Of a stretch of DNA of 64,000 nucleotides, positions 55,648 to 64,000 are shown one piece after another (within the stretch, counting starts at the first letter, position 1; every line of letters begins with the position of its first letter). The stretch covers positions 1-64,000 of the IMG/VR virus record IMGVR_UViG_3300037067_018293; one strand, given 5' to 3'. The position numbers were made by a program, and so were the translations under genes. Below the pieces are notes generated by a model, which saw nothing but the letters and a program-made list of their open reading frames with translations, searched no databases and was not told the origin of the DNA. The stretch comes from a virus. Its lineage: Duplodnaviria > Caudoviricetes.

Positions 55648-57042
55648 ATGCAGACTCGTTACGCCTTCAGCTTGACTAGGGTATGGCAGCACTACCAAAC
55701 CAGAGACTTTGCGGTGGTGTCGGCGTACTTCCCAGGAGATCCTGAGAATATTGCTCGGCACATCAAACTGAAGGAAACGGTTCTCGGGATGGGGTATGGC
55801 TTCGTCGAGATAAAAGGACATTGGGTCGAGACTGAGGAGCCTAATGTCGGTCAGGAGATGGACGAGTACAGTCTATTTGTCCCTGACGCAAAACTAGATG
55901 ACGCAGCGTATTGGGCAAGCGGCCAGTTTCACGACAACAAAATACAATCCACTTTTATATATGCTGATCAAAACAGTATCTATGAGCTTCGGACTCAAGA
56001 TGGGCAAATTGTCCGACAATACACAAAACTAGAAACAAATTTCCGTGCGTGCTGGACCTCATGGTCTGAGCACCGAGGACGTCGTTGGCGGTACTCCAGC
56101 GTTACGTGGTTTATGGGGGAACCTCCTCCACTACACCCTCAAGGTTGGGCCGAACACCGCTACGCTACTGTTTGGCGCGACCAGGATCCGCATGAGTTTA
56201 TCGACGGTCCTAGACTGCCGACGAAACGTCCACGTTATTCCAAGGAAACTAATTACCGCCCTGGGCCTAGTAGAATGAAACACATCTACAGCATCATGTC
56301 GAGGCTGTGGCCTGATTTCCAGTCCCTGTGGTACGAGGTCGAACAGCATGCTGGTCAGATTACTGGCGCAGTATTGTTTCACCACCGTGATGTCTACGCG
56401 TTTACCTCATGGGACTGCCCAATCTCGGACCAGCAGATCAATTCTGAGTTACGGCAAAACTTGGTTTTGTTTTCGTCGCTTGCCGAAGTTGTGGACTGGA
56501 TCGGGCGACTGAAGAACCAGCAAGGTGATCTGGCCACGGAACTGGAGCGTGCTCTTGGTGCGCGTTTAGGAAAGCAAGATTTTGTCATTTTGCCCGACCT
56601 CACGTTGGTGTCGGGGATGGCCAGAGGCAAGGTGATGCTAGATCAAAACATAAACGATCTAAAGAAGCCGCTCGAAGACCAGAATTTCCGAGTCATTGTT
56701 CCCGAGATGCTGCAATATGCGAAAAAGCCAGACGATAAGCTGGCAGCGGAACATTTGTCCAACAGTATTTTCATCACAGAGAATTACGACGACTTTGTTC
56801 CGCTGGCCAGAAAACACGAGTTTGGCATCATTGGGGTGCCACAACACGCCAAAGTAGACCGAGATAAAATCGCGTCGTTGATTTCCAAAGCAGTTGTTCG
56901 TCACAAGGTGTGGTCGCAGACGCGGCCGTTCAAGCTCTTGATACACGGGGACGGCACGTCTGAGTTTCGTTATCTCGACGCCGACCCTACTGAAATAAAG
57001 ATTCCAACCAAAATATTGAAGCCGAAGAGGAAGCGAAATTAA
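55648..57042 (+). CDS. Multidomain protein with C-terminal PIN-like (DUF5615-type) domain
   Basis: C-terminal VMLDQNI...DDKLA...FITENYDDF; N-terminal AVVSAY...LGMGYGF..IKGHW.E...SLFVP resembles a phage DUF3293-like domain. Confidence 0.55.
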   Translation: MQTRYAFSLTRVWQHYQTRDFAVVSAYFPGDPENIARHIKLKETVLGMGYGFVEIKGHWVETEEPNVGQEMDEYSLFVPDAKLDDAAYWASGQFHDNKIQSTFIYADQNSIYELRTQDGQIVRQYTKLETNFRACWTSWSEHRGRRWRYSSVTWFMGEPPPLHPQGWAEHRYATVWRDQDPHEFIDGPRLPTKRPRYSKETNYRPGPSRMKHIYSIMSRLWPDFQSLWYEVEQHAGQITGAVLFHHRDVYAFTSWDCPISDQQINSELRQNLVLFSSLAEVVDWIGRLKNQQGDLATELERALGARLGKQDFVILPDLTLVSGMARGKVMLDQNINDLKKPLEDQNFRVIVPEMLQYAKKPDDKLAAEHLSNSIFITENYDDFVPLARKHEFGIIGVPQHAKVDRDKIASLISKAVVRHKVWSQTRPFKLLIHGDGTSEFRYLDADPTEIKIPTKILKPKRKRN

Positions 57043-57114
57043 TCGTTATGACGACGAACCCGGTATTACTATTTGGTGAATATCGTTATTCTTTAGTAAC
57101 AGGAGAAACAGTAT

Positions 57115-57681
57115 ATGCAGAACGAAGACACTGAGGAATTCCGCCGTTATGTTCGTCGTACAGTCTTGCACGGTTGGCTGAATGCGCGGTTGGCACAGCG
57201 GTTCTACCAACACGAAGCTTCAAGAAATACGTTTTTATATCGCTTGCTTGCGTGCATTGCGTTGGTTTTGTCTGCTGCCGCTGTTTGTACCGTGATAGGC
57301 GAGACTACGCCCTGGGCTACTGGAATTGCCGCCGCACTAGCTGCCGTCATCAGCATCGTAGCGTCGCAATTTGGCTTCCAAACCACGAGCATGATGTTCA
57401 GCAAGGCAGCAGCAGTTAACTCAAGTGTTGAAGCTGAATGGAGAATTCTGTGGAGTAGGACTGGATCTGACGTTGAAGACTACGCCGTCATTGTCCGAGA
57501 GACTGATGGGCTGAACATTCGTAGTAGGCTTGTCTCAGAACTGGTTGCGGAGTATCGTCAGGACCGTGCACTGCTGGAACGGTTCCAGAGTGAGATCGTG
57601 GCGTCGCTTGGTCCGACCGACATCATCACGGAGACCCTTGATGGCAACACCCCGCAAACCCAAGCCGCCGAAGCCTCGTGA
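57115..57681 (+). CDS. SLATT-like two-TM protein
   Basis: Two adjacent TM helices followed by a helical cytoplasmic tail. Confidence 0.6.
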   Translation: MQNEDTEEFRRYVRRTVLHGWLNARLAQRFYQHEASRNTFLYRLLACIALVLSAAAVCTVIGETTPWATGIAAALAAVISIVASQFGFQTTSMMFSKAAAVNSSVEAEWRILWSRTGSDVEDYAVIVRETDGLNIRSRLVSELVAEYRQDRALLERFQSEIVASLGPTDIITETLDGNTPQTQAAEAS

Positions 57682-57940
57682 GGGTGGCTCACGTCCTCCT
57701 GGCTCCCCGCCCAGTACTTATCCGCCTGCTCCTTGGCCTGAACCTCAACCACCGCCTTCCCCTCGTCGCCGTCGTCCTGCCCAATAAGTCTACTTTCTTA
57801 TCGCGCTGGCTTTATGCAAGCGGAGTCATGGGTACCAAACGGTGGGTTACCCCTGTCCGTTTGTGCCGGTGCTGCTGGAGGGAACCGTTGGCTTGGGAGG
57901 TTTCTTCGCAGGTTTGTTGGGGCGAACTCGCCCGCTACGT

Positions 57941-58507
57941 TCAGACGGCTTGCTCGGCTTCTTCGGCGGGATTTTTGTCATCGTCTTCTGACTCGTAAGC
58001 GTCGTTGGCGCGTGCTTCACAAACTTCTACCAACGCGTCGTCGCGAGGATCCTGTGGCTCTGCGGCCGAGACGATTTGCCAGCATTGCTTCAAGTTTTCC
58101 ATCTCGTGCTCGATGGTGTCAAGGTCCAGGTTTTGTGGTCTGGTTTCGAGGCGGCAGAACAAACCATCGAACCGAAGCTCTAGGAAGCCTGCCCAATCCT
58201 GCGCCTTCTGAAATCCAGCGAATCGCTCGCGCCACTTAAGACCCCAGACAAACGTCCCGACCACCGGACTGACGATAGATAGGCCAGCCAGCACGATGGC
58301 CATGGTCTCGACCTTGGGGATCCATAGCAGAAGGGCTGCCGTCAGGACCGCCGTGGTGCTGGCCAAGACCGATGTCCATCGGATTTTCTTTTCGATTCGC
58401 GTGGCCTGCTCACTGTTGTACTCGACGCTAAAGCGCGCGTCGCGGCGTTGGGTGTAAACGAGGTCCCGGATCTTCAGGTAGCGTGCTTCGGCCCAAGTGT
58501 TCGTCAT
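57941..58507 (-). CDS. SLATT-like two-TM protein
   Basis: Same architecture, convergent with 57115-57681. Confidence 0.6.
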   Translation of the reverse strand: MTNTWAEARYLKIRDLVYTQRRDARFSVEYNSEQATRIEKKIRWTSVLASTTAVLTAALLLWIPKVETMAIVLAGLSIVSPVVGTFVWGLKWRERFAGFQKAQDWAGFLELRFDGLFCRLETRPQNLDLDTIEHEMENLKQCWQIVSAAEPQDPRDDALVEVCEARANDAYESEDDDKNPAEEAEQAV

Positions 58508-58595
58508 GATGCTGCTCGCTTCTTAATGGTGGTGTTGAGGTTTTACCACCAATCTCGTCGGTGCTTGGCGACGTGTAATTTCGGCGGCTTGCGGT

Positions 58596-58650
58596 TATTT
58601 TGAGGCAGGCGTCGGAATTATGGGGCAAGAAGGCATTTTGGGGCAAAGCC
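58596..58650. repeat. Transposon right end D
   Basis: TATTTTGAGGCAG..GAATTATGGGGCA..ATTTTGGGGCAAAGCC followed by the TSD. Confidence 0.85.
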
Positions 58651-58661
58651 CTCCAGTCCCC

Positions 58662-58690
58662 AGTTTAATAGGCAACGACCTGAACGTCAA
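58662..58690 (-). promoter_or_regulatory. Sigma70-like promoter orphaned by the transposon insertion
   Basis: TTGACG-N17-TAAACT; in the reconstructed empty site it precedes GGAGG and the ATG at 35769. Confidence 0.6.
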
Positions 58691-58696
58691 GTGGAA

Positions 58697-59599
58697 TTAT
58701 TTTGTCGCGGACGGCGAAGCGGAAGATTCAGACGCTGGGTACTGGGCAGGAATAGACGCAAGGCTCCAGACGTAGCGGCACGACCTCGTGGCCTTCAGAC
58801 CACGACGTGCACCATGATCAAAACACATGACGCCGATCCAATAATTTGCTCTGGCGCGACATTTACGCTGCGCCACGTAGCAACGGTTCAGGCACGTTTG
58901 CCGGAGGCTATAGCGCAGTTGTTTTCGCTCTAGGTTTGGATCGGTCCAGTCGACCACGAGGCAGGTTTCCTTGCAGCCGCCGTATCGTTGGTCGCACCGT
59001 ACAGGCGTCGGGTACGCGGGACCCGCGTTGTAGCGAGCCAGTACGCACCGTTGCAAGGGCTGCTGCCACTTCGCGTTTTTGCCACACCAATCAATATGGT
59101 GTCGGATCTCTTTGGCCGAGAGTAAAAAGCTCTCGTCAAAATCCTGTGCCAATTGACGGCACCGTTTCAAAACCCAGTGCCTGTTGCCCTGGATGTGGTG
59201 CTGTGTGATACCACAATCCGCCTGACATACGCTATAGCGCGGATCACGACAACGGGGATGGATCGACTGGAGCCCTCGGAAATCACTTTCCTGCCGTGCC
59301 ACCGCAATCAGTAATGTGGCGTCCACGCCCGTGGCCTTCGACGCCTTGATGGCGGCACGGGCGATCCGTTCACGGTACTGATCCGTCATGCGACTCCACT
59401 TGTCCTCGATTGACCTGACGGCGACGACCAGCCGCTTTACCTCCTCGGCGTCGTCGTTTTGGTTTGCTTGGGCCAGAAAACCGCGTAGCAGTTCTTCTGG
59501 TGCCTCGATGTTGGCGGTACCGTCCGACACGGCCAGACGCTCGGCTCGTGCGATGGACGGCATCGCCAAACAAAACAAAATGATCAGAATCCTTAGCAT
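58697..59599 (-). CDS. Secreted lytic transglycosylase (SLT-like) with Cys-rich C-terminus
   Basis: Signal peptide; VDATLLIAVARQESDF (catalytic E), CGITQ, ARYNAG. Confidence 0.8.
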   Translation of the reverse strand: MLRILIILFCLAMPSIARAERLAVSDGTANIEAPEELLRGFLAQANQNDDAEEVKRLVVAVRSIEDKWSRMTDQYRERIARAAIKASKATGVDATLLIAVARQESDFRGLQSIHPRCRDPRYSVCQADCGITQHHIQGNRHWVLKRCRQLAQDFDESFLLSAKEIRHHIDWCGKNAKWQQPLQRCVLARYNAGPAYPTPVRCDQRYGGCKETCLVVDWTDPNLERKQLRYSLRQTCLNRCYVAQRKCRARANYWIGVMCFDHGARRGLKATRSCRYVWSLASIPAQYPASESSASPSATK

Positions 59600-59660
59600 T
59601 GTTCTCCTCGGCGGTCACGTGACCGCATGGTAGTTTTACAACTAAATTGTGGGCTGGATT

Positions 59661-60536
59661 TTAGCGGGCGCGTGCGGGCGCGTGGGATTCGAGCGGCAAC
59701 GTAGTTTGGCGCGGATCTGGTGCCAGCGGTTTAGGTCGCCAATTTACCACGGCGGTTTCTCCCGTCGATTGTTCCTCTACCTCTCGCGTGACTTCGTCGT
59801 AGACGAAAACGTCCATCACGAAGGACGTCTTGCCCATCTGGTGCCAGCCCACCTCTTGCATCCACGCGACGGTCTGCATGGCTTCGGCTTCGGTGTCGTG
59901 CGAGTCAAAGAACTGCCCCTCGACGTAGACATCGTACGTGTCGTCAACCGTCCTGACCACGATGCAACCGTTTTGGCTCATGGCCTCGATCCAATCGGCC
60001 TCTTTCCAGTACCTGGGATCTGATTCATCTCTGACGTTTTCTTTTGCTTCGTCCCACAATTCCCTGACGGCTTCTTGTACGGGTGTCTCGTCTACCGTCT
60101 GTACCGCCCGGATCAACTCGTCCTGCACGGCGCGCTCGTCCGCCTGAACGCCCGTATCCTGCAGCATGGCAGGAATGTAGTTCAGGTCCAATTCGTTGTA
60201 CTCAGGCATACCGCCGATCAAACCAAACGCTTCCTCGTGTGCCATCTCGTCGGGAATATTTTGATACCAAAGCTTGTATTCGTGGTCTTGTGGATCGATT
60301 CGATTCTTTCGTAGAAAACCATCCAGCCACTTCTTGGCAGCCGTACGGGTATAGTCTAAAAATAACCTTGCCTGGTATTCAGCGTCGCCCGCGTGGTCGA
60401 TCAAGTAATCGACGAAAGCCTCGTGCATTTCAGCCGGGATATCGTCCGGTATGACGCCTTCCTCCGCGATAAACTCATCGCCCAGTCCGAGCAGGGAACT
60501 CACGATCTGAGAAGGGAAGTCCATCCAGTACGACAT
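59661..60536 (-). CDS. Hypothetical acidic protein
   Basis: Likely start MSYWMDF at 60536 with AGGA RBS. Confidence 0.65.
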   Translation of the reverse strand: MSYWMDFPSQIVSSLLGLGDEFIAEEGVIPDDIPAEMHEAFVDYLIDHAGDAEYQARLFLDYTRTAAKKWLDGFLRKNRIDPQDHEYKLWYQNIPDEMAHEEAFGLIGGMPEYNELDLNYIPAMLQDTGVQADERAVQDELIRAVQTVDETPVQEAVRELWDEAKENVRDESDPRYWKEADWIEAMSQNGCIVVRTVDDTYDVYVEGQFFDSHDTEAEAMQTVAWMQEVGWHQMGKTSFVMDVFVYDEVTREVEEQSTGETAVVNWRPKPLAPDPRQTTLPLESHAPARAR

Positions 60537-60552
60537 TTTCGTTTTCCTTAGC

Positions 60553-62121
60553 CTAGCGGTACCGTACAGTCGTGCCGACGATTTCGATCGGATCCTCGCC
60601 TTGTCCACAAACGTCCGCCACGATGCAGAAACCGCCGGCGGGCAGCCGCTCTGTCGTGGCGTTGCGAACACGATAACCCAACCGCTTCTTCAACGCAAGA
60701 CACGCGAGTTGGGCCTGTGGCAACGATACACCCGCGACCTTTTGCTCCGCTGGATTATCCTCGGGCTCTGGAATAGAATGAGGTGAAGGAGAGAAGCCAG
60801 CGGGCGGCGCAATGTCTAGGGCGTCGAAGTCCTCGACGGTCGCGGGCTTGGGTTTGTACTCCGACAATTGCTCAGCCGTCATGGTGGCGGGCATCGGCAG
60901 CGTCCCGCTGGCCACGAGGTCAACGTCGAACAGCCACATTTCCTCGCCTTCGGGTGACATCTGATTCCACACCTGTGTCACGTGCACCAAGGGAAACGAT
61001 TCTTGATTGGTCCGGTACCAGCTACCAGCCAACAGGTCCAGCTTTACCATCTTCTTGGTTGGCTCGTCGGTCGCGAGGTGAACCTCGTGGGTACCGCGAA
61101 CCTGCGTGACGTGCAGACCGTTGTCCTTGGCGATGCGCGTTAGCGTCGCCATCTCGGGTTCCGCGACCTCCTCGACCGTCATGGCGTTGTCGCGATAGTG
61201 GTGACAGCGGTAGTGACGACGAAGATGTCGCTTCGCCTCCAGCAACCCCGTCCTACTGCCCTCCACCATGACGGTACCGTGAACTCGAATTACCTTCTCG
61301 GTCTGCATGCTTGCTTGCCTCGTGTACTGACGTAATCTATCGTCTATCTCGATCAGAGAATCAAGTAAATCTTGGTAGCGGAACCGATGCAGAATGGCCA
61401 GCACGACTCGACGCGGAAGTTTTGTCTGCACGTCAGGTAGTTCTTCTGTGTCGATCAGGATCTTCTCAAGTTCTTCAACCCGCCGCCAATACTCAGACGG
61501 TTGTGCCGTCAACACCTTGTTGACGTTTCGATCAACAGCCGCCAGTCGGTACCGCACCATGTCTAACAGTATCGTTCGGTTCGCTGGTCCCATTTCCCTG
61601 AACGCTTCGGCCACGAGCCTCCAGTTTTCAGGAAATAGTTCTACGTCAAACTTAGCCTTGTAGAGCTGCCAGTCTATGGCGCACACCAACGACGCGGGAT
61701 CCGTTAGGTCCGTTTCGTTGGGCGTTACGATACCGAAGTACTGACTCGTGACGAGGCAGTACAGTGGACCAAAGTGCTTGGCCAAGACCGAGGGCGTCGT
61801 GGTGTTGGGCATGATCCAAAACCGCAACGCACAGTCAGAATCAACCAGATGAAAATCGTTTACGTTCTTGGCTTGCTGCCGATACGGTACTACGATGTCT
61901 GGTTCTACCATCAGCACGACGTCGACATCTGAATCATGCTGCCAGTAGTGATTGACGGCGTCACCGATCAAATACGGACTCGCGTCAGGAAACCTCTTGA
62001 GTTGTTCGTCCAGTTGAGCACGGAACCGTAGCGACAAGGTCCCGTCTGAAGACCAAACAGCGGGCAAAAGGTTCTTGGCGTAGTAATCCAGCAGCATTGA
62101 CAGAACGGGCGGGGAGGCCAT
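60553..62121 (-). CDS. Protein with N-terminal pol-beta-type nucleotidyltransferase-like domain
   Basis: LIGDAVNHYW..DSDVDVVL resembles G-S...DxD; GGAGG RBS. Confidence 0.55.
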   Translation of the reverse strand: MASPPVLSMLLDYYAKNLLPAVWSSDGTLSLRFRAQLDEQLKRFPDASPYLIGDAVNHYWQHDSDVDVVLMVEPDIVVPYRQQAKNVNDFHLVDSDCALRFWIMPNTTTPSVLAKHFGPLYCLVTSQYFGIVTPNETDLTDPASLVCAIDWQLYKAKFDVELFPENWRLVAEAFREMGPANRTILLDMVRYRLAAVDRNVNKVLTAQPSEYWRRVEELEKILIDTEELPDVQTKLPRRVVLAILHRFRYQDLLDSLIEIDDRLRQYTRQASMQTEKVIRVHGTVMVEGSRTGLLEAKRHLRRHYRCHHYRDNAMTVEEVAEPEMATLTRIAKDNGLHVTQVRGTHEVHLATDEPTKKMVKLDLLAGSWYRTNQESFPLVHVTQVWNQMSPEGEEMWLFDVDLVASGTLPMPATMTAEQLSEYKPKPATVEDFDALDIAPPAGFSPSPHSIPEPEDNPAEQKVAGVSLPQAQLACLALKKRLGYRVRNATTERLPAGGFCIVADVCGQGEDPIEIVGTTVRYR

Positions 62122-62139
62122 ACCTCCCCGCCCCTATCG

Positions 62140-63666
62140 TTACGGCCGCAGTACCGTCACGTGGTAGACAGTGGCGTCAGGATCAGCGTCGTGCGTGAAC
62201 GTAACGACCCCAGGTGCCGTACATTCCGCCGAAATAAAGAGTGCCGCTGGTGTCGTAACCGACAGCATCGTTACCAGAATGATGTCGGTCGCGGCCAACC
62301 CAGGGATAGCGGCGGTGTCGGTCGCACCGGCACCAAACGTAACGGCCAAGCGGCCGGTCCAGAAAATAGACGGGGACTTGCCCAGTGTGAGCCCTGTGTT
62401 CATCGGCAGCAGCAACGCCGTGGACGTCGTACCAGCCACCGCGTTGGTGTCGAGGCAGTAGGCTCGGATCTCATTGCGCGTATCCGCCAGCACGTTCATG
62501 TCGTACTGGGAAGTAGCGCCAGCATTCCACGCGATACCGTCGGCACCGATCAACAGGAACGTATGGGTCCTGAATGCCAACGCCCCGGTCACTGGAGTCG
62601 CACCATTCAGTTGAATACGCTCAATCTGTTCGACACCAGCATAATCTGTTCCGTAGATCACGACCCACGAAGCATTGGGACCAGCGCCCGCGTTGACCGA
62701 TACTTGGTGGCCGACTGACGCGGTCGAAACGTCCGGTACAATGGCGCCGTAGAAACGCGCTGCGGCGGCACCGGCGATTTGTGGAATCAAGAGGCCAACC
62801 AAACCGCCATCGCGAATGTCGATCACACCAGCGGCAGCAGCCGTAGTACGAAGACCAAAGATCGCGGCGAAGGTATTGGTACTTTCGTACGTACCGGCGG
62901 TTCCCAGCGTGATGGTTTCCTTCGTAAGCGTAGCACCAACCATCCCGTATACGACGATGGTATTGCCCGTCTCGTTACCAGCACACGTCACATGCACGGT
63001 AGCGGGAAGGTTTGTTTGTGCGATGTCATCACTGGCGTTAGCACCAGCAACCGCAGTACCGAGCGATACGTCGGCCGCTTGGAATGGTGCGGCAAAACCA
63101 CCTGGTACCGCGACCAGTTCGTTATTGGCCAGCGTGTTGGCAGCGGGCATAACCTCGACCTGACCGAACGTCTGGACACGACCCGTAGCTGTACCAGCAA
63201 TTGCTTCGGTTGAAACACCAACCCACCGCTCTGCAGCGTCTGGCGACGTGATCAAGCGCGACGCGGTGTTCAGTCCAACGAATCGGTTGGCCGAAATGGC
63301 GGTAGCGCCTGCGGTAAACTGTGCGTCGCCACTGTTTACCATAGGACTCCACGACGTGCCGTCGCAGATCCAAAGTTGACGAGTATCGGTATTCCACACG
63401 ACTGTACCCGATGCCGTATTGGCGGCAGGCGGAAGCGACGCCGTAGCATAACCGGTAAACGGATTATCCAAAGCATCGGTGCTGTCAAACAATACCGAAA
63501 TGGCATTCTTGGTGATGAGGTTTTGGACTGAGCTTGCACTGATGAAATTGTCAGTATCGGGAACGAAGAACGAAACAGCTTGGTAAGGACCAACCACTTC
63601 GTTGTATCGACCGCTCGGGAGAACCAAGTTCTCTGCGGTCAGGTTGCGAACCGTAATGTTGGGCAT
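62140..63666 (-). CDS. Putative virion structural protein (Gly/Ala/Thr-rich, beta-rich)
   Basis: Start MPNITVRNLT at 63666; fibre/decoration-like segment GTVVWNTDTRQLWICDGTSW. Confidence 0.6.
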   Translation of the reverse strand: MPNITVRNLTAENLVLPSGRYNEVVGPYQAVSFFVPDTDNFISASSVQNLITKNAISVLFDSTDALDNPFTGYATASLPPAANTASGTVVWNTDTRQLWICDGTSWSPMVNSGDAQFTAGATAISANRFVGLNTASRLITSPDAAERWVGVSTEAIAGTATGRVQTFGQVEVMPAANTLANNELVAVPGGFAAPFQAADVSLGTAVAGANASDDIAQTNLPATVHVTCAGNETGNTIVVYGMVGATLTKETITLGTAGTYESTNTFAAIFGLRTTAAAAGVIDIRDGGLVGLLIPQIAGAAAARFYGAIVPDVSTASVGHQVSVNAGAGPNASWVVIYGTDYAGVEQIERIQLNGATPVTGALAFRTHTFLLIGADGIAWNAGATSQYDMNVLADTRNEIRAYCLDTNAVAGTTSTALLLPMNTGLTLGKSPSIFWTGRLAVTFGAGATDTAAIPGLAATDIILVTMLSVTTPAALFISAECTAPGVVTFTHDADPDATVYHVTVLRP

Positions 63667-63712
63667 CGGGCATCTCCTTGGGGTAACGTCGTAAACTACC
63701 CACAACAAGCAG

Positions 63713-63754
63713 GGTGCGGAGCAGGGTGCTTAATACCCTGCTCCGCACCTTTTT
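63713..63754. terminator. Strong hairpin / likely intrinsic terminator
   Basis: 14-bp perfect stem GGTGCGGAGCAGGG/CCCTGCTCCGCACC with an adjacent T run. Confidence 0.6.
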
Positions 63755-63757
63755 ATA

Positions 63758-64000
63758 TTACGGACGATATACCGTCACGTGCATCACGGTGGCGCCAGGA
63801 GCGCCCGAGAACGTAAACCGTACGGTATCGGCGGCTTGGAACGCGGCCGTGAGGAACAAGCTCGCGGGCGTCGTAATGGAAAGGATCGTCGCCTGGATGA
63901 TGTCGCCGGTCAACAGACCGGGGATGGTCTCGTCTTCCGTCGCGCCACCACCCGTAAGGGAAAGGCGACCAGTCCAGAAAACGATGGGTGCTTTGCCCTT
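63758..64000 (-). CDS. C-terminus of a paralog of 62140-63666 (5' part outside the window)
   Basis: KAPIVFWTGRLSLTGGGATEDETIPGL...HVTVYRP* aligns with KSPSIFWTGRLAVTFGAGATDTAAIPGL...HVTVLRP*. Confidence 0.75.
   Translation of the reverse strand, partial: KGKAPIVFWTGRLSLTGGGATEDETIPGLLTGDIIQATILSITTPASLFLTAAFQAADTVRFTFSGAPGATVMHVTVYRP

Larger units (their letters stand above)
35785..58650. mobile_element. 22.9-kb TIR-bounded cargo transposon (IS5/IS903-like ends)
   Basis: Left end GGCCTTGCCCCCAAAAT, right end (rc) GGCTTTGCCCCAAAAT; exact 9-bp direct repeat CTCCAGTCC at 35776-35784 and 58651-58659. Confidence 0.85.

Noticed and set aside
35785-58650. Classical composite transposon
   Set aside because: No IS copies at either end; only ~55-105-bp end structures.

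Overview
The window looks like part of a large tailed-phage (jumbo-like) genome, coded mostly on the minus strand. It contains a terminase large subunit (28604-30625), a portal-like protein (25959-28247), an acidic scaffold-like protein (469-1689), a SNF2 helicase, a lytic transglycosylase and tandem structural genes. Between portal and scaffold lies a run of small enzyme-domain genes (ART-like, zincin, NUDIX, three GNATs, HAD, CCA-adding-like). The backbone is heavily invaded by mobile DNA: three IscB/omegaRNA elements (two intact, one split by a TnpB element), an IS607 (TnpA+TnpB) and an IS200 TnpA element. The main finding is a 22,866-bp unit (35785-58650) bounded by ~16-bp terminal inverted repeats (GGCYTTGCCCC(C)AAAAT) and an exact 9-bp target duplication (CTCCAGTCC). 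A second set of the same ends is nested inside it (39488-55240). It encodes an IS5-family (IS903-like) DDE transposase with an N-terminal SWIM-type finger. Its cargo includes RM-type enzymes, TA-like genes, a radical SAM pair, adenosine deaminase, SLATT-like genes, a Cys-rich vWA lipoprotein and two atypical tRNA genes. All calls were made by eye from motifs; no database searches were run.
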